From Podarcis bocagei (Eukaryota): a stretch of DNA of 64,000 bases. Positions 37,361 to 49,825 of this stretch are shown here, one piece after another. Position 1 is the first letter of the stretch. Each line of letters begins with the position of its first letter. The stretch lies in NCBI GenBank assembly GCA_964188305.1, contig OZ076888.1. One strand, written 5' to 3'. The notes under the pieces are model-generated. The model made no database searches and was not told the origin of the DNA. It saw only the letters and a program-made list of their open reading frames with translations. Position numbers and translations under genes: made by a program.

Positions 37361-39374
37361 TGGTGTTTCCTGCTTGACAGGGGGTTGGACTCGATGGCCC
37401 TTGTGGTCTCTTCCAACTCTATGATTCTATGATTCTATGATTCTATGATTAACCTATTGCTACGTTCCATTTTTTATATATTTTACATGAATTGTTAGCT
37501 GTTGCAGTGGTAGTTGTTGTTTTGCTATGTTTTGCGCTATTGCAATTATATTAATTATTGTGGAAAGTGCAGTATGTAAATAAACCAGCCATAATGATGA
37601 CTAGCATTGGCAAGTTGCTCTTTCTTAACCTCAGTCCCTAATATTTAAAATGGGAATAATTGTCCCCAGTGACTAATCAATACTGTGGCTGAAATAAAGA
37701 CTGCAAAACACTGTGGGAATAGAACAAAGAAATAGACCATAGGTCTTCTGTACTATATCACTACACTTTGGAAAATTATGCAGTCAGGGAGCATAAAGTT
37801 TATTCTGCAGTTACTGCTCCACTAATATAGTGAATAGCAGGTAATTGCATTTATTCCAATCCTTGCAACTGTTTCTAGTTCTATTAATCATATAATAGGC
37901 TGAGCTAGAACTCTCTTGTGCTAGAATTTATATCTGTTTAAAAGCCCCTCTTTGTCATGAAGGGTAAACTGAATCATTTCCATTCTTTTAAACAAAAGCG
38001 GGCAAATATCACATTCCAGTAAATTGTTTCAGGTAGTTACTTTCCCCCAGTGTTTTTCCAATTAAAGAACAATGCACTTCTGGATGACACAGTGCCTTCA
38101 AAACAGTATCATCTTCTGACTTGCTTTGATGCAATTTATTAAGTCAGAGCTATTTGATGCTACAGTAGTAAGCACAAGCAAGTACCCTGTAGATGATGAA
38201 GAAAAACAAGTTTAGCAGTAAAGCAAATAGAAAATATTGATCTCTCTTTAGATGCTGTAACTGAAAATCTTCTGTAAGATATATCTTCCCTTATTCTCTC
38301 CTGATCAGTGCCCTTCACTATTTGCCAGCAAGAGACACAGAGAGATGAGTGTAACCTTGAACGATACGAAACTTTCATGTAAGCACTGAGAAAAAGAAAG
38401 AACGAAAGACTGGTCCTTTCCATCATCAGAAAGGTTCAATAGTTGCATATAGACTGAGGAAAACTAAAAGGGTGGTTAATTCTCCCAAGTCTTTCTCCAG
38501 TATTGCTGAAATGAGTGCAGACAGCCATTCTATGCAGAATATGAAATGTATCTGATTATGTCTATAGCATAGCTTAATACAGACAGGAAGGATCTGGACA
38601 TGAATAAACCATTAACTGATATTTTAATGTGTGAATACAAGTGGGAAGGCAAGGGTTGTGTGCCTTTGGAAAAAGTGCAAGCACGTTCCCCATGTGACAA
38701 CTTCTGAACTCTTCTGAGTTCAAAAATGTGTGTGTGTTTACTTCACCAGTAACACTGCAGGAGACCTAAGATGCTGAGAAACAGATGTTTAAGATATTTT
38801 CTGTACCACTGAACACTGTTCTTTTTCTGCGCTCTCTAGCATTGCTGTGCATTGGGAAATTATGAGTTGAAATTCATATGTTATTAGCTGCTGCGAAAAA
38901 AATAGACATGCAGTCTTGAGCTTATTATATAACTATAGTGGTGAAAGACTAACTGGGCAAGATGCCAGGGGATGTTAGCATTTTTAAAGGAACTGAGCTC
39001 TGTCAACAATACCTTCGCCATTTCCTTACTGCCAACACATCATGGAAAAAGACTCGAGAGATGGAGTCATGGTGGAAAGGTCCCATGTATTCACATATAA
39101 CAACAGATCACCTGCCGAAACAATAACCAAACAATGTAAGTAGGGGCAGGTGGGTTTGAAGTGACATATATGAGGGAAGCAGCCCTCCATCCCACTAAGT
39201 ATGGCAGTAGCCAAATTCCATGGCTCTCCAGCGAAGGGTTGGGAGAAAATTCTACATACCCGCTAAGTGAGCCTTGGGTATGTAATTCCACCATATGCAC
39301 TCAGACCTTGCTGTCCAGTATTCACCAAGGTGACATATCAGGTCTAAAGTGCAGCCCCAACAACCTTCTAAGCT

Positions 39375-39510
39375 AACCTTTCTCAACCTGTGGGTCCCCA
39401 GATGTTGTTGAACTACAATTCCCATCACCCCTAGCTAGCAAGGCCAGAGCTGAGGGATGATGGGAGTTGTAGTCCAACAACATTAGCGGACCTACAGGTT
39501 GAGAACCGCT
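39375..39510. mobile_element. hAT (Charlie-like) MITE
   Basis: tttctcaacctgtgggtcc...ggacctacaggttgagaa inverted ends with an actacaattcccatca / tgatgggagttgtagt palindrome. Degenerate relatives lie at ~18490-18605, 24260-24390, 32620-32710 and 40610-40740. Confidence 0.75.
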
Positions 39511-40809
39511 GTGGGACCTAAGCAAAGGCTGTGGAAGGTGATTCCAGGGTGCCATTGAATCCCATAATGCACTGGGGCATCTTGAGTTCTTAAATTCCCT
39601 TCCCTTCTCTTGCTAAATGCCAAACAGACCAAATAAGTACATACATTGAGAATAACCATACAGTGCAGAGTAGGCAAAAAAAAAAGTCATGCCAATAGTC
39701 AATCAGGAACTCCCCCCAGAAAATTCCTACTCAGCCCCAGCAAAGAGTGATTAGCAAAAAAACAAAAGCCCAAAGTATAGATGGCTGAGGGGAGAGTGCT
39801 GCAAAAGAGGAGGAGGTGGTGGAGAGGGGAGAGCAGACTTAAAGAGCAACCTGGTGGCTCCCCTCCTATTGGGCACTCCTGCCCATGTGATCCCACAGAA
39901 AACACCAATTCGTGGAATACTCACGTCTTCTCCCAAGAAAGGGTGTGTGGCAAATTCACCCCTGCTAAAAGGCAGAAGTGGCATTCTCAGGATTTGTTGC
40001 AGTAGTTGACATGAAGTCTGCAGGCTCTTATCTGTTCTTCCAATGATTATTTTAATTGACCAAGAAGCTTTCTTGAAATTGATGGGCCCAGTTATGAATT
40101 ACCACATAATGACAGTGTGTTTAATGGGGAAGGCAAGGCATGTGGTGCTGTTACATATATGAATCTGGGTTACACCTATTTGTCATGCATTCACATGGGT
40201 GTGAAATAACCTAGTAAGAGCTGGTAAACTAGTGGAAAGCTTTCTATAGCCAGTTTTTGTATGATTATCATTTACGATTGTCTCCTAAATGCAATTTGCT
40301 TAAACTGGTTATTTTTGACAGTGTCTCTTTGACTTTTCATTTAGGACTGTGGGATGCAGTCCTTATTGTTCATTGAAATAATAAGAGTGCTTGTGTATTT
40401 GCCAAATATTCACTCGAGATTTCATATTTTTATTCGGTATTCAATTATGTTTTATTTCTGTATTTAATTCTTGTAAAATCTCTGCATCGATTTTGATAAT
40501 AGATTTTGGCAAAAATTTAACCACATCCAGATGGGTCCCAGAATGGGCTTCTGATATCTCTGACACTGACATTAAGCAAGACCAAAAATGACAACTGATA
40601 TTTTCTGTAACAGCTTTCTCAAGCCTGGTGACTTCCAGATATTTAGACTATAATTCCCATCATCCCTGACCTTTGATCATGATCTCTAGGGCTCATGGGG
40701 GTTGGGGTTGTTGTTCATTTGGAAGGCCACAGCTTACCCATCAAGGAAAGCTTCTTCTAGGATTTTAACAGCTATTTAAGTTGAAATGGGACTTCCACAA
40801 GATTCATTT

Positions 40810-40940
40810 GGGGAGAGTGCTGTTGTGCTTATATCCTGCCTGGAGGCTTCCCATAGGCATCTGTTTGGCTACTGCAAGAACAAAACGTTGGACTAGATGT
40901 CCCTTTGGTCTGATTCTGCAGGACTCTTCATATGTTCTTA
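40810..40940 (+). mobile_element. Old CR1-type 3' end
   Basis: ggactagatgtccctttggtctgattctgcaggactcttcatatgttctta matches the TATGTTCT-tailed CR1 type as I recall it. Confidence 0.55.
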
Positions 40941-41118
40941 CATTTGTATATAGATATAGGAACACTGGAAAATTGCCCCACTGAGTGTTTTGCTTATCCC
41001 CAAAGCAAAATAGCAGCAAAAAGCCAGCCGCATTCCAGGCACATTGTACATTTGTTTGTGGCGACTGTTTAAAACAGCAGCCTTTATATGGTGGTAATAT
41101 TGTGGTTCCTTGCCACCA

Positions 41119-41346
41119 NNNNNNNNNNNNNNNNNNNNNNNNNNNNNNNNNNNNNNNNNNNNNNNNNNNNNNNNNNNNNNNNNNNNNNNNNNNNNNNNNN
41201 NNNNNNNNNNNNNNNNNNNNNNNNNNNNNNNNNNNNNNNNNNNNNNNNNNNNNNNNNNNNNNNNNNNNNNNNNNNNNNNNNNNNNNNNNNNNNNNNNNNN
41301 NNNNNNNNNNNNNNNNNNNNNNNNNNNNNNNNNNNNNNNNNNNNNN
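41119..41346. other. Assembly gap
   Basis: Run of N. Confidence 1.
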
Positions 41347-42461
41347 AGAATGTGCTATACCAGAAACCACACTGGTACCTTATAAACAATAGTACTTTTA
41401 TCAACTTCCATTGAAAGAAGTACAAATATTGCTTTGAGAAAGTCTCCCTGTTTTTCATTCCAATGCCCGGAAATGTCAAGTGTGTTCCAAAACCATATGT
41501 TGCAATGTATATGGCACCAGTGTTAATAGCAAAGTTGTAAGCTGTATTTTCAGTGGAGTAGAGCTTGTTCTTAAGTGTTCGCATAATAATGTACAGGGGT
41601 TGCTGTGTTTTTTTTCCTTGATGGGTATAGTCAGCAGCTCTGATTCCAACCTCGATTAGGAGAAACCATCCAGATCTGGAGGACCAGCAGTGAAGGCCAT
41701 GCAACAATTGATCCAGGAAAGGCTCAAAGCCAGAACCAAGAGAGTGCAACCCCTAAGCCTGAAGTTTTAGAGGAACCACTCCTTATTGTTGCATCACTAG
41801 CACAGGCAAAGAGCCAGGGACTGAAAAATGGAGAGGCGATGGGCCAGGATGGGTGATCCAGGGGTAAAATAAGAGAGGCTAGATACCAGTTCATGAGATG
41901 CTCTAGGAAAGAGGGGGCAGTCTGATCTAAGTAATATAAGGGGTCTTGCTTGGGCTTCAATCAGAGCCTGTTTATTTATAGAATTTATATACTGCTTGGC
42001 AGTTTTTAAAAGTCTCTTCCATAAGATATAATAAAAAAGAATCAGTTCATATAAAAAATACAGCAATAGCATTCAGATGAGTCTTTCTAACAATTAAGTC
42101 AGAACACAATGCAACATCATAAGTAAAACTGAGTAGTGCATAGAAGAGAGGAATTTGTGGAGCTTCCGTTGCATAAGCTAAGTGGGAACTCATAGACAAA
42201 CTTGATCATCATAGTATACAGTCGCTGGACAGCTACAGCCTTCAACTGCTATGACCAGGTAATGGCAGCATCACCTTAATGGAACAGGGTTGCTTACCTG
42301 AGCCCTCTGAGGTTTTGCAACTCTGGTCTCCATTGCCCCTTCGTGCCCTGTGGGATTCTGCTTGAGATCAGGAGGGCAGATGGGTAGCATCACAAGCAAC
42401 ACTTACCAAACAGGATGTGGTTCAGGGATTGTTTTCTTTCTTGCCATTCTATGCTGTATGT

Positions 42462-42890
42462 TTAGATGGGGCAATCTGTCAATTTCAGTTTGTCTCTTCA
42501 TTTTTCCAGCCTTAAGCTCAATTCTCCACACTGAGGTGCATCAAAGTCTGCTTGAAAATTAATCAGCATTTTAGTGCCCATTTCTCCTAATACACACACA
42601 TCGGTATGCAATTTTGCCTAATATACACATTTTTTCAAATGCAATGGTCCGAAATGCAATGCATGTTGTATGTTATTTTCATCGACACTTGCATTTTATG
42701 TGCACTGTACCCATGTATATTAATATTTGTCTACGTTGTTTGGCTGGAGAGCAGCATTGCAAACATCAGAGATGGGCAAATTTTGAAGGCTAGCAGTCCT
42801 TTGGTTTGAGGGTTGTTTTGGAAAGTTCAAATTGTGTAGCCTCACCTTAAAATGCAAACTGAATTGAATTTTTTTCCTACCCCATCCCTA
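42462..42890. mobile_element. TAGGGATG-ended non-autonomous DNA element (hAT-like)
   Basis: Ends in cccatcccta. Homologous in reverse orientation to ~46780-47284 and ~57008-57525, with a partial copy at ~63470-63800. Confidence 0.6.
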
Positions 42891-43328
42891 CCAAATGCTC
42901 GTGGTTTTCTTCTGCTTGCCGTAGAAATGGATATGTTCTCCAGGATTGTATTCATTCATCAAAAGCCACACAACACTGGCAGATCTTTCTCCCCACTAAT
43001 TCTTTTCTCATTCCCTCGTTATGACCCATGAAACAGACAAATCTGCAGGCATGAAGCTTTTATTACAGTCGACAACAGTTGTATATGTGTGGATCAAGGG
43101 AGAAATAGACCTTGAAAGGCTTTGCATCTCATCTGCCAATAATTTTCTCTTCTTTTGTCTGTGACACATCAGTTTGGTGTGCTGGCATGAGCAGGAACCT
43201 TCCTTACAACTTCATCTGGGCTTCACTGGCTTGAGGCGCATCATGTTTAATTATTTAAACATTCAGATGCAACAGGAAAGACAATGGCACTTTTAAAGGC
43301 ATGGCTTAATTTTATCAGTCCAATTTGG

Positions 43329-43994
43329 TGTTCCTGCAGGCCACTCCAATCTCTGCCAAGCAGTGGCAAGAGGTTCCACAAGGCTTGGCAATTACCCAGT
43401 GTTTGTGCTCCTTTGGAATGAGGCACAGCAGACACCGGTGTCTTTTAAGACACTATGGTTTATTTTATGCATATTTACAACCTGGGTTTTGATGGAGAGA
43501 GACAGCATTTACATCTCAAGCTGAATGTGCAATCCCTGTGTCTTATCAGGCTGCTCCAGCCAGCCAGCATCGCTGCTGCTGTCCTTCAGTCCCTGCATGA
43601 AGTTATACCCACTTCCTGCTCCTTCTTCCCAGAAAATCCCTGCTCCCCAAACCTCTGTTGTAAAAGGATACCTTCTTTTCCTGCGGTGACATCATGCCCC
43701 CTGTTACCCTGGCAACCTTCCTCTCTCAATTCTCCTATTTCTGTCCACTTCTCCACAGGGGAAGGACAACACCTGCATGGTCAATTGTTCTCAATAGCCC
43801 AGTACTTTGTTCTTAATGGCAATTGCTATCAGCAGTCTCCTGAACAGAAGAACTGGTTCATTCTGTATTTTTCACTGGCCTGGCATCTTCTCTTCAGACT
43901 CCAAAACCAGCTAAATTCAACCCCCCCCCCCATACACACACACATTCATAATGGTATTGTAACCCTAACTTTGGAATGCTGTGTTACTTTAACA
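43329..43994 (-). mobile_element. Old solo-LTR-like repeat (family C, copy 2)
   Basis: Minus strand begins TGTTAAAGT and contains AATAAA (~43458-43463). Multi-block homology to 3549-4210. Confidence 0.6.
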
Positions 43995-45628
43995 TAGCCA
44001 TTTTCAATAATAATAAAAACCTGTTTGCAAAGCAATACAACATTCCCCCCACATCTAGTTTTTGACTTAATCAACTGTTGCTTTGTTGGAGACTGAATAA
44101 TTTATTTCTGAAATAAGAGCTCTCAGGAGCTTAAGAATTTTGAGGTAAAGGCATTGTGTCCTAATGCAAAGAAAGTCCAGGATGAAAGCAGCTATTTCAA
44201 AGGCTATAGCAAAGTCTTTGTGTATGTTTCGGCTTGGGGTGGTGCATGACCTGAGAGAATTCCAAGGGCCAAAGGGAGGGGACCTGAGATACCCCAAACC
44301 TACCTTAGAATATTTCCACAACAGATGGAAATTGATGTTCAGTATGCATTTTCCAGGATACCTGATGATTAGGAAAGTGTGAATGTCTGATATCTGTATG
44401 TCTCTCCATCAGAATTCAGGGAATAACAACAACTAGCACTACAGCAGAAAGAAAGCCAAACCACAGATATGACCATGCAGAGAGGTGAGAGCTCCCCTAG
44501 CTTTGGACCGAGGGAGGGATGATTTAGTATGACAGCCAGAAAGATATCTGTGCTTGCAGAGCTCAAGCTGTATTTACTAGCATGGATAAAAGCAGCCAAA
44601 TCGAGCCTAACACCATTACCATCCATTTTCACAAATTGATTTTAGAAAGAATGAGTGGTGCTTCAGATATTACATTTCCCAATTTCTATTTTTAAAAATG
44701 TGTGCAGAAACAGAGCCAGACTATGGACAAAGCCACACATCTTTGTAATACTGGAAAGGTCAGGAATGAGTGTGTCCATTATCTTCAAGGCCAGCTCTGT
44801 CGTTAGGCAGAATGAGGCAGCCGCCTCAGGCGTCGGATGCTGAGAGGCAGTGGCAGCATCTCCCTGGCTGTTCTTCCTGAACCCCAGCCACTCCTTTCTG
44901 TTGGAGGATGGAGCTGTGTACGCCACACGGACTGTGCTGGGCCTGCTTAAACTAGCCTGGTGAAAGACACTATCCCATATTGCTAGTGTTGAGGTGAAAT
45001 TCAGCTGCCACTAATCTGCTTGCACAAGTGGAATGGGGACAGACACCATTTTATTATTCACCACATTTCTTGGACTGGTCCTGTTTATCTTTCTGAGTTC
45101 CTGGGTGTTTGATCCGACTTCATCTCTTTGGCCTTTTCAAGCACTGCCTGGAAGATACTTTCAACCATTTTGTGGCAGCTTCTCTTTTCAAAACTGAAGT
45201 GGAGAAGCGTTAACATCAGAAGCTGCTCTAAATAACTTTCCAATCCATCTCAGTACAATGAGGTATAATTTATTGGTTGACATTGGAGACATTAATTTAA
45301 CAGTGCATTACAGGCCAAGTTAAGCTTCATATAAGTCACAAGAGGCCTTATCCAATCAGCCCAGATTATAGATTTTAATTTCTCAGCTTTCATTTATGGT
45401 AACGACATCGGGCAGGGTTGCTTTTTTACTGGAAACTGCCAAACCTCTGGTGAAAACATTTAACAAAGGTGATTATTACAATCAAACTTGTCAGCTTCCA
45501 TTTATTATTTTGCCATGTGTGGCCTTTTCTCCCATCAGCGAGAAATTGTGCGCACAGTGAAGAAACGAATCAAATTATTTTCAGAACCAGTATGTTTACT
45601 ATGATGAGCACAGTGTATTAAAACTTAC

Positions 45629-45645
45629 CTGTTGATGAACACAAA
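45629..45645 (-). other. Candidate 17-nt microexon
   Basis: Minus strand: ttctgtgtttgcctttcag|TTTGTGTTCATCAACAG|gtaagt. Perfect donor, in repeat-free DNA. Confidence 0.35.
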
Positions 45646-45960
45646 CTGAAAGGCAAACACAGAATTTATCAGAACGGCTTAGAGTGCGAACGCACCTTGT
45701 CAGCACCCTTCTTCCTTGTTTTGCATTATTGCTTCATTGTTTGACTCTTGGTTTCAGTAAATGTGATGCAGAAGGTGTCGGGGTCTTCAGATCATATTCC
45801 ACAGTACAGCTGGACACTTAGGTAGAAAAAGATGTCTTTTGTCCCTATGCTTCCCTTTGCTTAACAGTGTGTTTTGGTTTGTTTGAATTTGACTTCAGTT
45901 GCCACCTCTCTCTTTTGTGCTGCTGAGTCTCTAAACACCATTAAATTTTACACACCCATG

Positions 45961-46438
45961 TGTTAGGCGGCAGAGGAACCAAGCCCCACAGCAGGTTGCC
46001 AGGAATGGATGAGACAAGAAAAAGCCCTTACCATCCGCTTTTTATTCTATATTTACAAAGAGAGGCTTTAGAATGTAGCCTCTTGGAATAATGGTGCTGT
46101 CCCCAGTAAATCTCTCCCCCCCCCCTTTTCTTCCACTTCCTCATTCCTCAACAGCACCCCCTCTCCTTTATGGTTGCTGAGCTCTTTACTCTCCTACTTT
46201 TAAGGCTTGCCAGGTTCTGGGAGATTGTGGGTCTGGATTGCTTTCTAGTGATAATGTGTCAGCTAGCTGCTCCAGCTCTGCCTCCTCTCCCATTATTTCC
46301 CAACTTTCCCCCTCATCTTCCTCTGAGCTGTGACCTCCCTCAAACCCTTGTTGTAATTCTGAATTGCCTTGTTCTTCTCTGAAAGGGTCAGGCTGGGGAG
46401 GCAGTCTCCACCATTCCTCCTCTGCCTAGTCCTTGACA
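45961..46438 (-). mobile_element. Solo LTR (family A, copy 2)
   Basis: TGTTAGG...CCTTGACA ends with 5-bp TSD CCATG (45956-45960 / 46439-46443). Reverse-complement homolog of 27464-27940. Confidence 0.92.
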
Positions 46439-47572
46439 CCATGTCACTTAGCACTAATCAGCTATTTTTCTCAGCAAAAAAATAGACAAAAGTACTACAC
46501 ACCGTTCAGGCTGCATGCTTACGTTCACTTCACAGTCATGTTCTTATTTCCCTTTCCGTGGAATAAAAACTATTCGGGGAGAGGGCAATGAATTGGTTTT
46601 CATAAAGCAACGGGCCATTACTCTTTCCAGTTCTACTTTTTAACTCCAGAGGATTACAAATTCTCACAAAAGCTTTCTGTTTTCAGAGAACCAGATGGAT
46701 GAAAGAAACTCCCTGGTGACAGGCCACATGCACATGCATGTAGACCACAAATTCAGTGCAAGTACTAGAAACTCTGGCTTCTTCCTTCGGAGGGGGGAGA
46801 ATTTGGCGTCGGTTTCTATTTTAGTACAAACCTACCTAATTCCCACTCCCCCAAACAGTACATGGTCTGAAACACAGGTATCCCTCAAAATTTACGTTTC
46901 TCTGAATTTTTCAATGCAGTTCTCCAACTGAAGAAAAAGCATACAAAAAGGCATGTGTTAGTGGAGAGTGTGCATTAAGATGCACATGTCAGGCAAAATA
47001 AAATACACATTGGGGAAAATTTTGCTTCATTTGCAAATATTAGTGAAAATAGCATGCTGAAATGCATTGTATTGGGGAAAATGCTTGCAAAAATGTCAGT
47101 GACTGTCTAAACAGCATACAAAAACGTGTTATGAGAAATTCGCATAGAAATGCTGATTAATTTTCATGATGATTTTAAAAAAAAAGAAATTGCGGGTTGC
47201 TGCAGAGATGTGGAGAACTGAATTTAACACTGGGAAAATGGCTAACTGGAGATAAAACAAAACCGACAGGTTCACCCATCCCTATGCTCCATCCTCATAC
47301 TACCACCTCTCTCCTTGATGCACTGTGATAAGCCAGGAAGTCTTCAATTAATCATAGTTTCCCTTTCCATCTGAGCCAGCGTTCATAGAGCCATCGTTTT
47401 GCATCCATACTGCGAGTGGGTAAAACATCGCAACTAGCTCTAAGTGCCCTCTAATACTGTCACAACTCCGTTATGAGGCTTGAAGCTAGTAGGAGAGCTG
47501 GGATCACCACAAACATCTAGGTTTTGTTTTTCCTGGGAACTGAGAAACTGCAGGTAGGCTTTCTCCAGTCAC

Positions 47573-47727
47573 CAGTGGCGTAGCGTGGGGGGTGCAGGGG
47601 GGCCGGCTGCACCGGCCGCAACATCTGGGGGGGCGCACTCGCTAGACTCGAGTGCTAAAATCCACGGGTTAGGGGGCACAAATTACTTGCCTTGCCCCGG
47701 GTGCTGACAACCCATGCTACGCCACTG
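47573..47727. mobile_element. hAT (Tip100-like) MITE, CpG-rich
   Basis: TIRs CAGTGGCGTAGCGTGGG / CCCATGCTACGCCACTG. The 8-bp flanks do not match. Confidence 0.8.
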
Positions 47728-48591
47728 GGTGTAGGAGTCAGCCTGTGTCGTTCTGCCCCCCCCCCCAAGCTTCTGTTTGCAGAAACCTGGGAGTGTGTTG
47801 CTAAAGAGTCTGGTTCATGGCAAATAACATCGCAGAGGTCTAAAACAACCAGCCACCAGCCAGTATTCCAAATGATGAAAGAGTTTATTTTAAATAAGTA
47901 ATGATAAGAAGGGGGAGAAAGATGATCAGAGTACAATATAACATAAAATGTAAATTCAGCCTATAGCTAGCCTAACACTACAAAATTCAGCTGCTTTGCT
48001 TGGTGTATGCATGGGTCACCAAGATATTCCAACAAAGAAAAGAAAAAACTCATTTAAAAATCACCTAACTTTTATCTAGGCTGGCAGAGGGGTGGATGAG
48101 GGAAGGCCCAAAATGGAAAAAGGACCTCAGGCAGCATCAAATGCAGTAAACTTTCAGAGTTGGGTACCTGGGCAATTATCACTCTGGATTCCAATTATCA
48201 CTCCTGGATTCGTGCCAGACAGATTTAGCTAAAGAGAAAATGGTATCATGTATTGGTGGGGGTGATGCTTGAGACATGCATCTTTGAGCAATGGAGTCTT
48301 TCTTTGGTTTAAGGAAAATTGTGAATGGACAGGCAGGGGTTTGGGCAGGCCATCATGACACCAGGAAACTGTGTTTACTAGGTTCTGTATTAAACAAGGA
48401 TGTAATTCACAATATGAAGCCAGTTTAAGATCTTGACTTGTTCTAAAGCTGGTAACCACAGTTTCACCAGTCCAGATGAAACAAGAAACTATGGAAAGTC
48501 TTCCTTTCAGGTTTGACTGTGCCTTCCTTAGAAGGGAAGAAAAAAGGGGTGTTTGCATGGATACTTGGCTTATTCACATCTCAGCTTATTT

Positions 48592-48594
<3 letters not shown>

Positions 48595-48634
<40 letters not shown>
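48595..48634. repeat. (TG)n microsatellite
   Basis: Seen directly. Confidence 0.95.
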
Positions 48635-48637
<3 letters not shown>

Positions 48638-48916
48638 CTGCCTGCCTGCCTGTGGCCCGTACTTTGACTTCTACAGCAATGACCCATTCGGTTTGGCTGA
48701 GTCTCACATTCCTTCTTTTAAAGAAACAAAAACAACTTCCAGCAAGCTTGTATCCATCATTCACCTGGAGAAACAAGTTAAATTGGTAGTTGGTTGCAAA
48801 GCCGCAGGTTTCTCAAAGCAGGCAAGGCTACGTGCTTGTGCTGTGTGAGAAACCACTCAGCTGAGAACGTGAGCAGAATTCTCTTCGGAAACAATGTGAT
48901 AGCAAAAGAGGCTTAC

Positions 48917-49126
48917 GTTGATTCAGAGATATTGGTCAAGGCAATGTTTACATTTGCAATCGTAATGTTCAAAGGACCTAGCCCTTGAATGTTTCTTGGT
49001 TCATGCGACACTGTCTTGTAGGATGACATCCCAAAGCAAATGTGAACATTACCATAGGTCATTTGCATATCCACATCTACCTTGCAGCTGTTCCAGGGTA
49101 CAGGTTTCAAGGGAAGATCCTCAAGT
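48917..49126 (-). other. Candidate 210-nt symmetric exon of an unidentified gene
   Basis: cctttcgtgtctggttccctag|...TCAAC|gtaagc. Only one frame is open (LEDLPLKPVPWNSCKVD...NISES). I do not recognise the peptide. Confidence 0.3.
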
Positions 49127-49173
49127 CTAGGGAACCAGACACGAAAGGTTGTATCCAAAGTAGTGCTAAGCAA

Positions 49174-49653
49174 GGGCTCAGCAAGACTGGCTTTTGTGCC
49201 GTGTTTCTAGGCACAGGCACGAGTGTGTATATTTTGTTTTTGTCCAAGCACTTTCCCTGGGAAAACTCATGTTTTACCAATGAATCAGAACAAATGGCAA
49301 CAGCGCATAGCTGTCAACCTTCCCTTTTTTTGTGGGAAATTCCCTTATTCCAGCGCCTTTTCCCTCTGTTTCCCACTGCTATCCTGGATTGTTAGATATC
49401 CCGTAGACTGTCCCCAGACAGGTGAGGCTGTTGATCCCTTATTTTCGAGGCTGCTGATCCCTTATTTTCAAATCTGAAAGTTGACAGCTATGCAACAGCG
49501 TTTTCTGCTGTTTCCTGTTTGCACCAATTCAGCAGTAGAAGGAAGGTTTTCCTGAGGAAAGCTCTGGGACAAAAAACAACAACCACTTGGACACAGAACT
49601 TCCCAGGACTTGTGCCTAGGAAGTGTGGTGCAAAAGGAAGTCTGGCTGAGCCC
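49174..49653. mobile_element. PIF/Harbinger-like palindromic MITE
   Basis: GGGCTCAGC(A/C)AGACT TIRs, CAA/TAA flanks and long imperfect arms. Confidence 0.7.
49306..49492. mobile_element. hAT MITE nested in the Harbinger-like MITE
   Basis: TIRs CATAGCTGTCAAC / GTTGACAGCTATG with perfect 8-bp TSD CAACAGCG (49298-49305 / 49493-49500). Confidence 0.93.
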
Positions 49654-49825
49654 TAAATTGTTCTGTTAGCACGAGGATTTAGACTTGCACAATGGAATTT
49701 TTTCCCATCTCCCCCTTTGCACCCACTATATCTGTTCTGGGGGTTGTCCCACCTCTCTGGGGCAGATTTGGGAAGGCTGCAGAAAATACACAGGAGGAGA
49801 TGGTGAAAAGTTTTGTTCTGCAAGC

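Larger units (their letters stand above)
32916..37448 (+). mobile_element. Full-length, apparently intact CR1 LINE
   Basis: Monomeric 5'UTR, uninterrupted ORF1 and ORF2, CR1 3'UTR and (ATTCTATG)n tail. Possible short TSD TTAA (32912-32915 / 37449-37452). Confidence 0.97.

Noticed and set aside
32912-37416. Antisense and alternative-frame ORFs over CR1 (also 62635-63129 over BovB)
   Set aside because: Shadows of real transposon ORFs or of the 5'UTR tandem repeat, with no independent motifs.
27464-46438. Two homologous LTRs as the ends of one provirus
   Set aside because: They are in opposite orientation, each has its own TSD (ATATC, CCATG), and no gag/pol lies between them.
48755-48785. Recursive splice site on minus (ttgtttctccag|GTGAAT)
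   Set aside because: The donor half is weak compared with GTAAG/GTGAG, and there is no other support.
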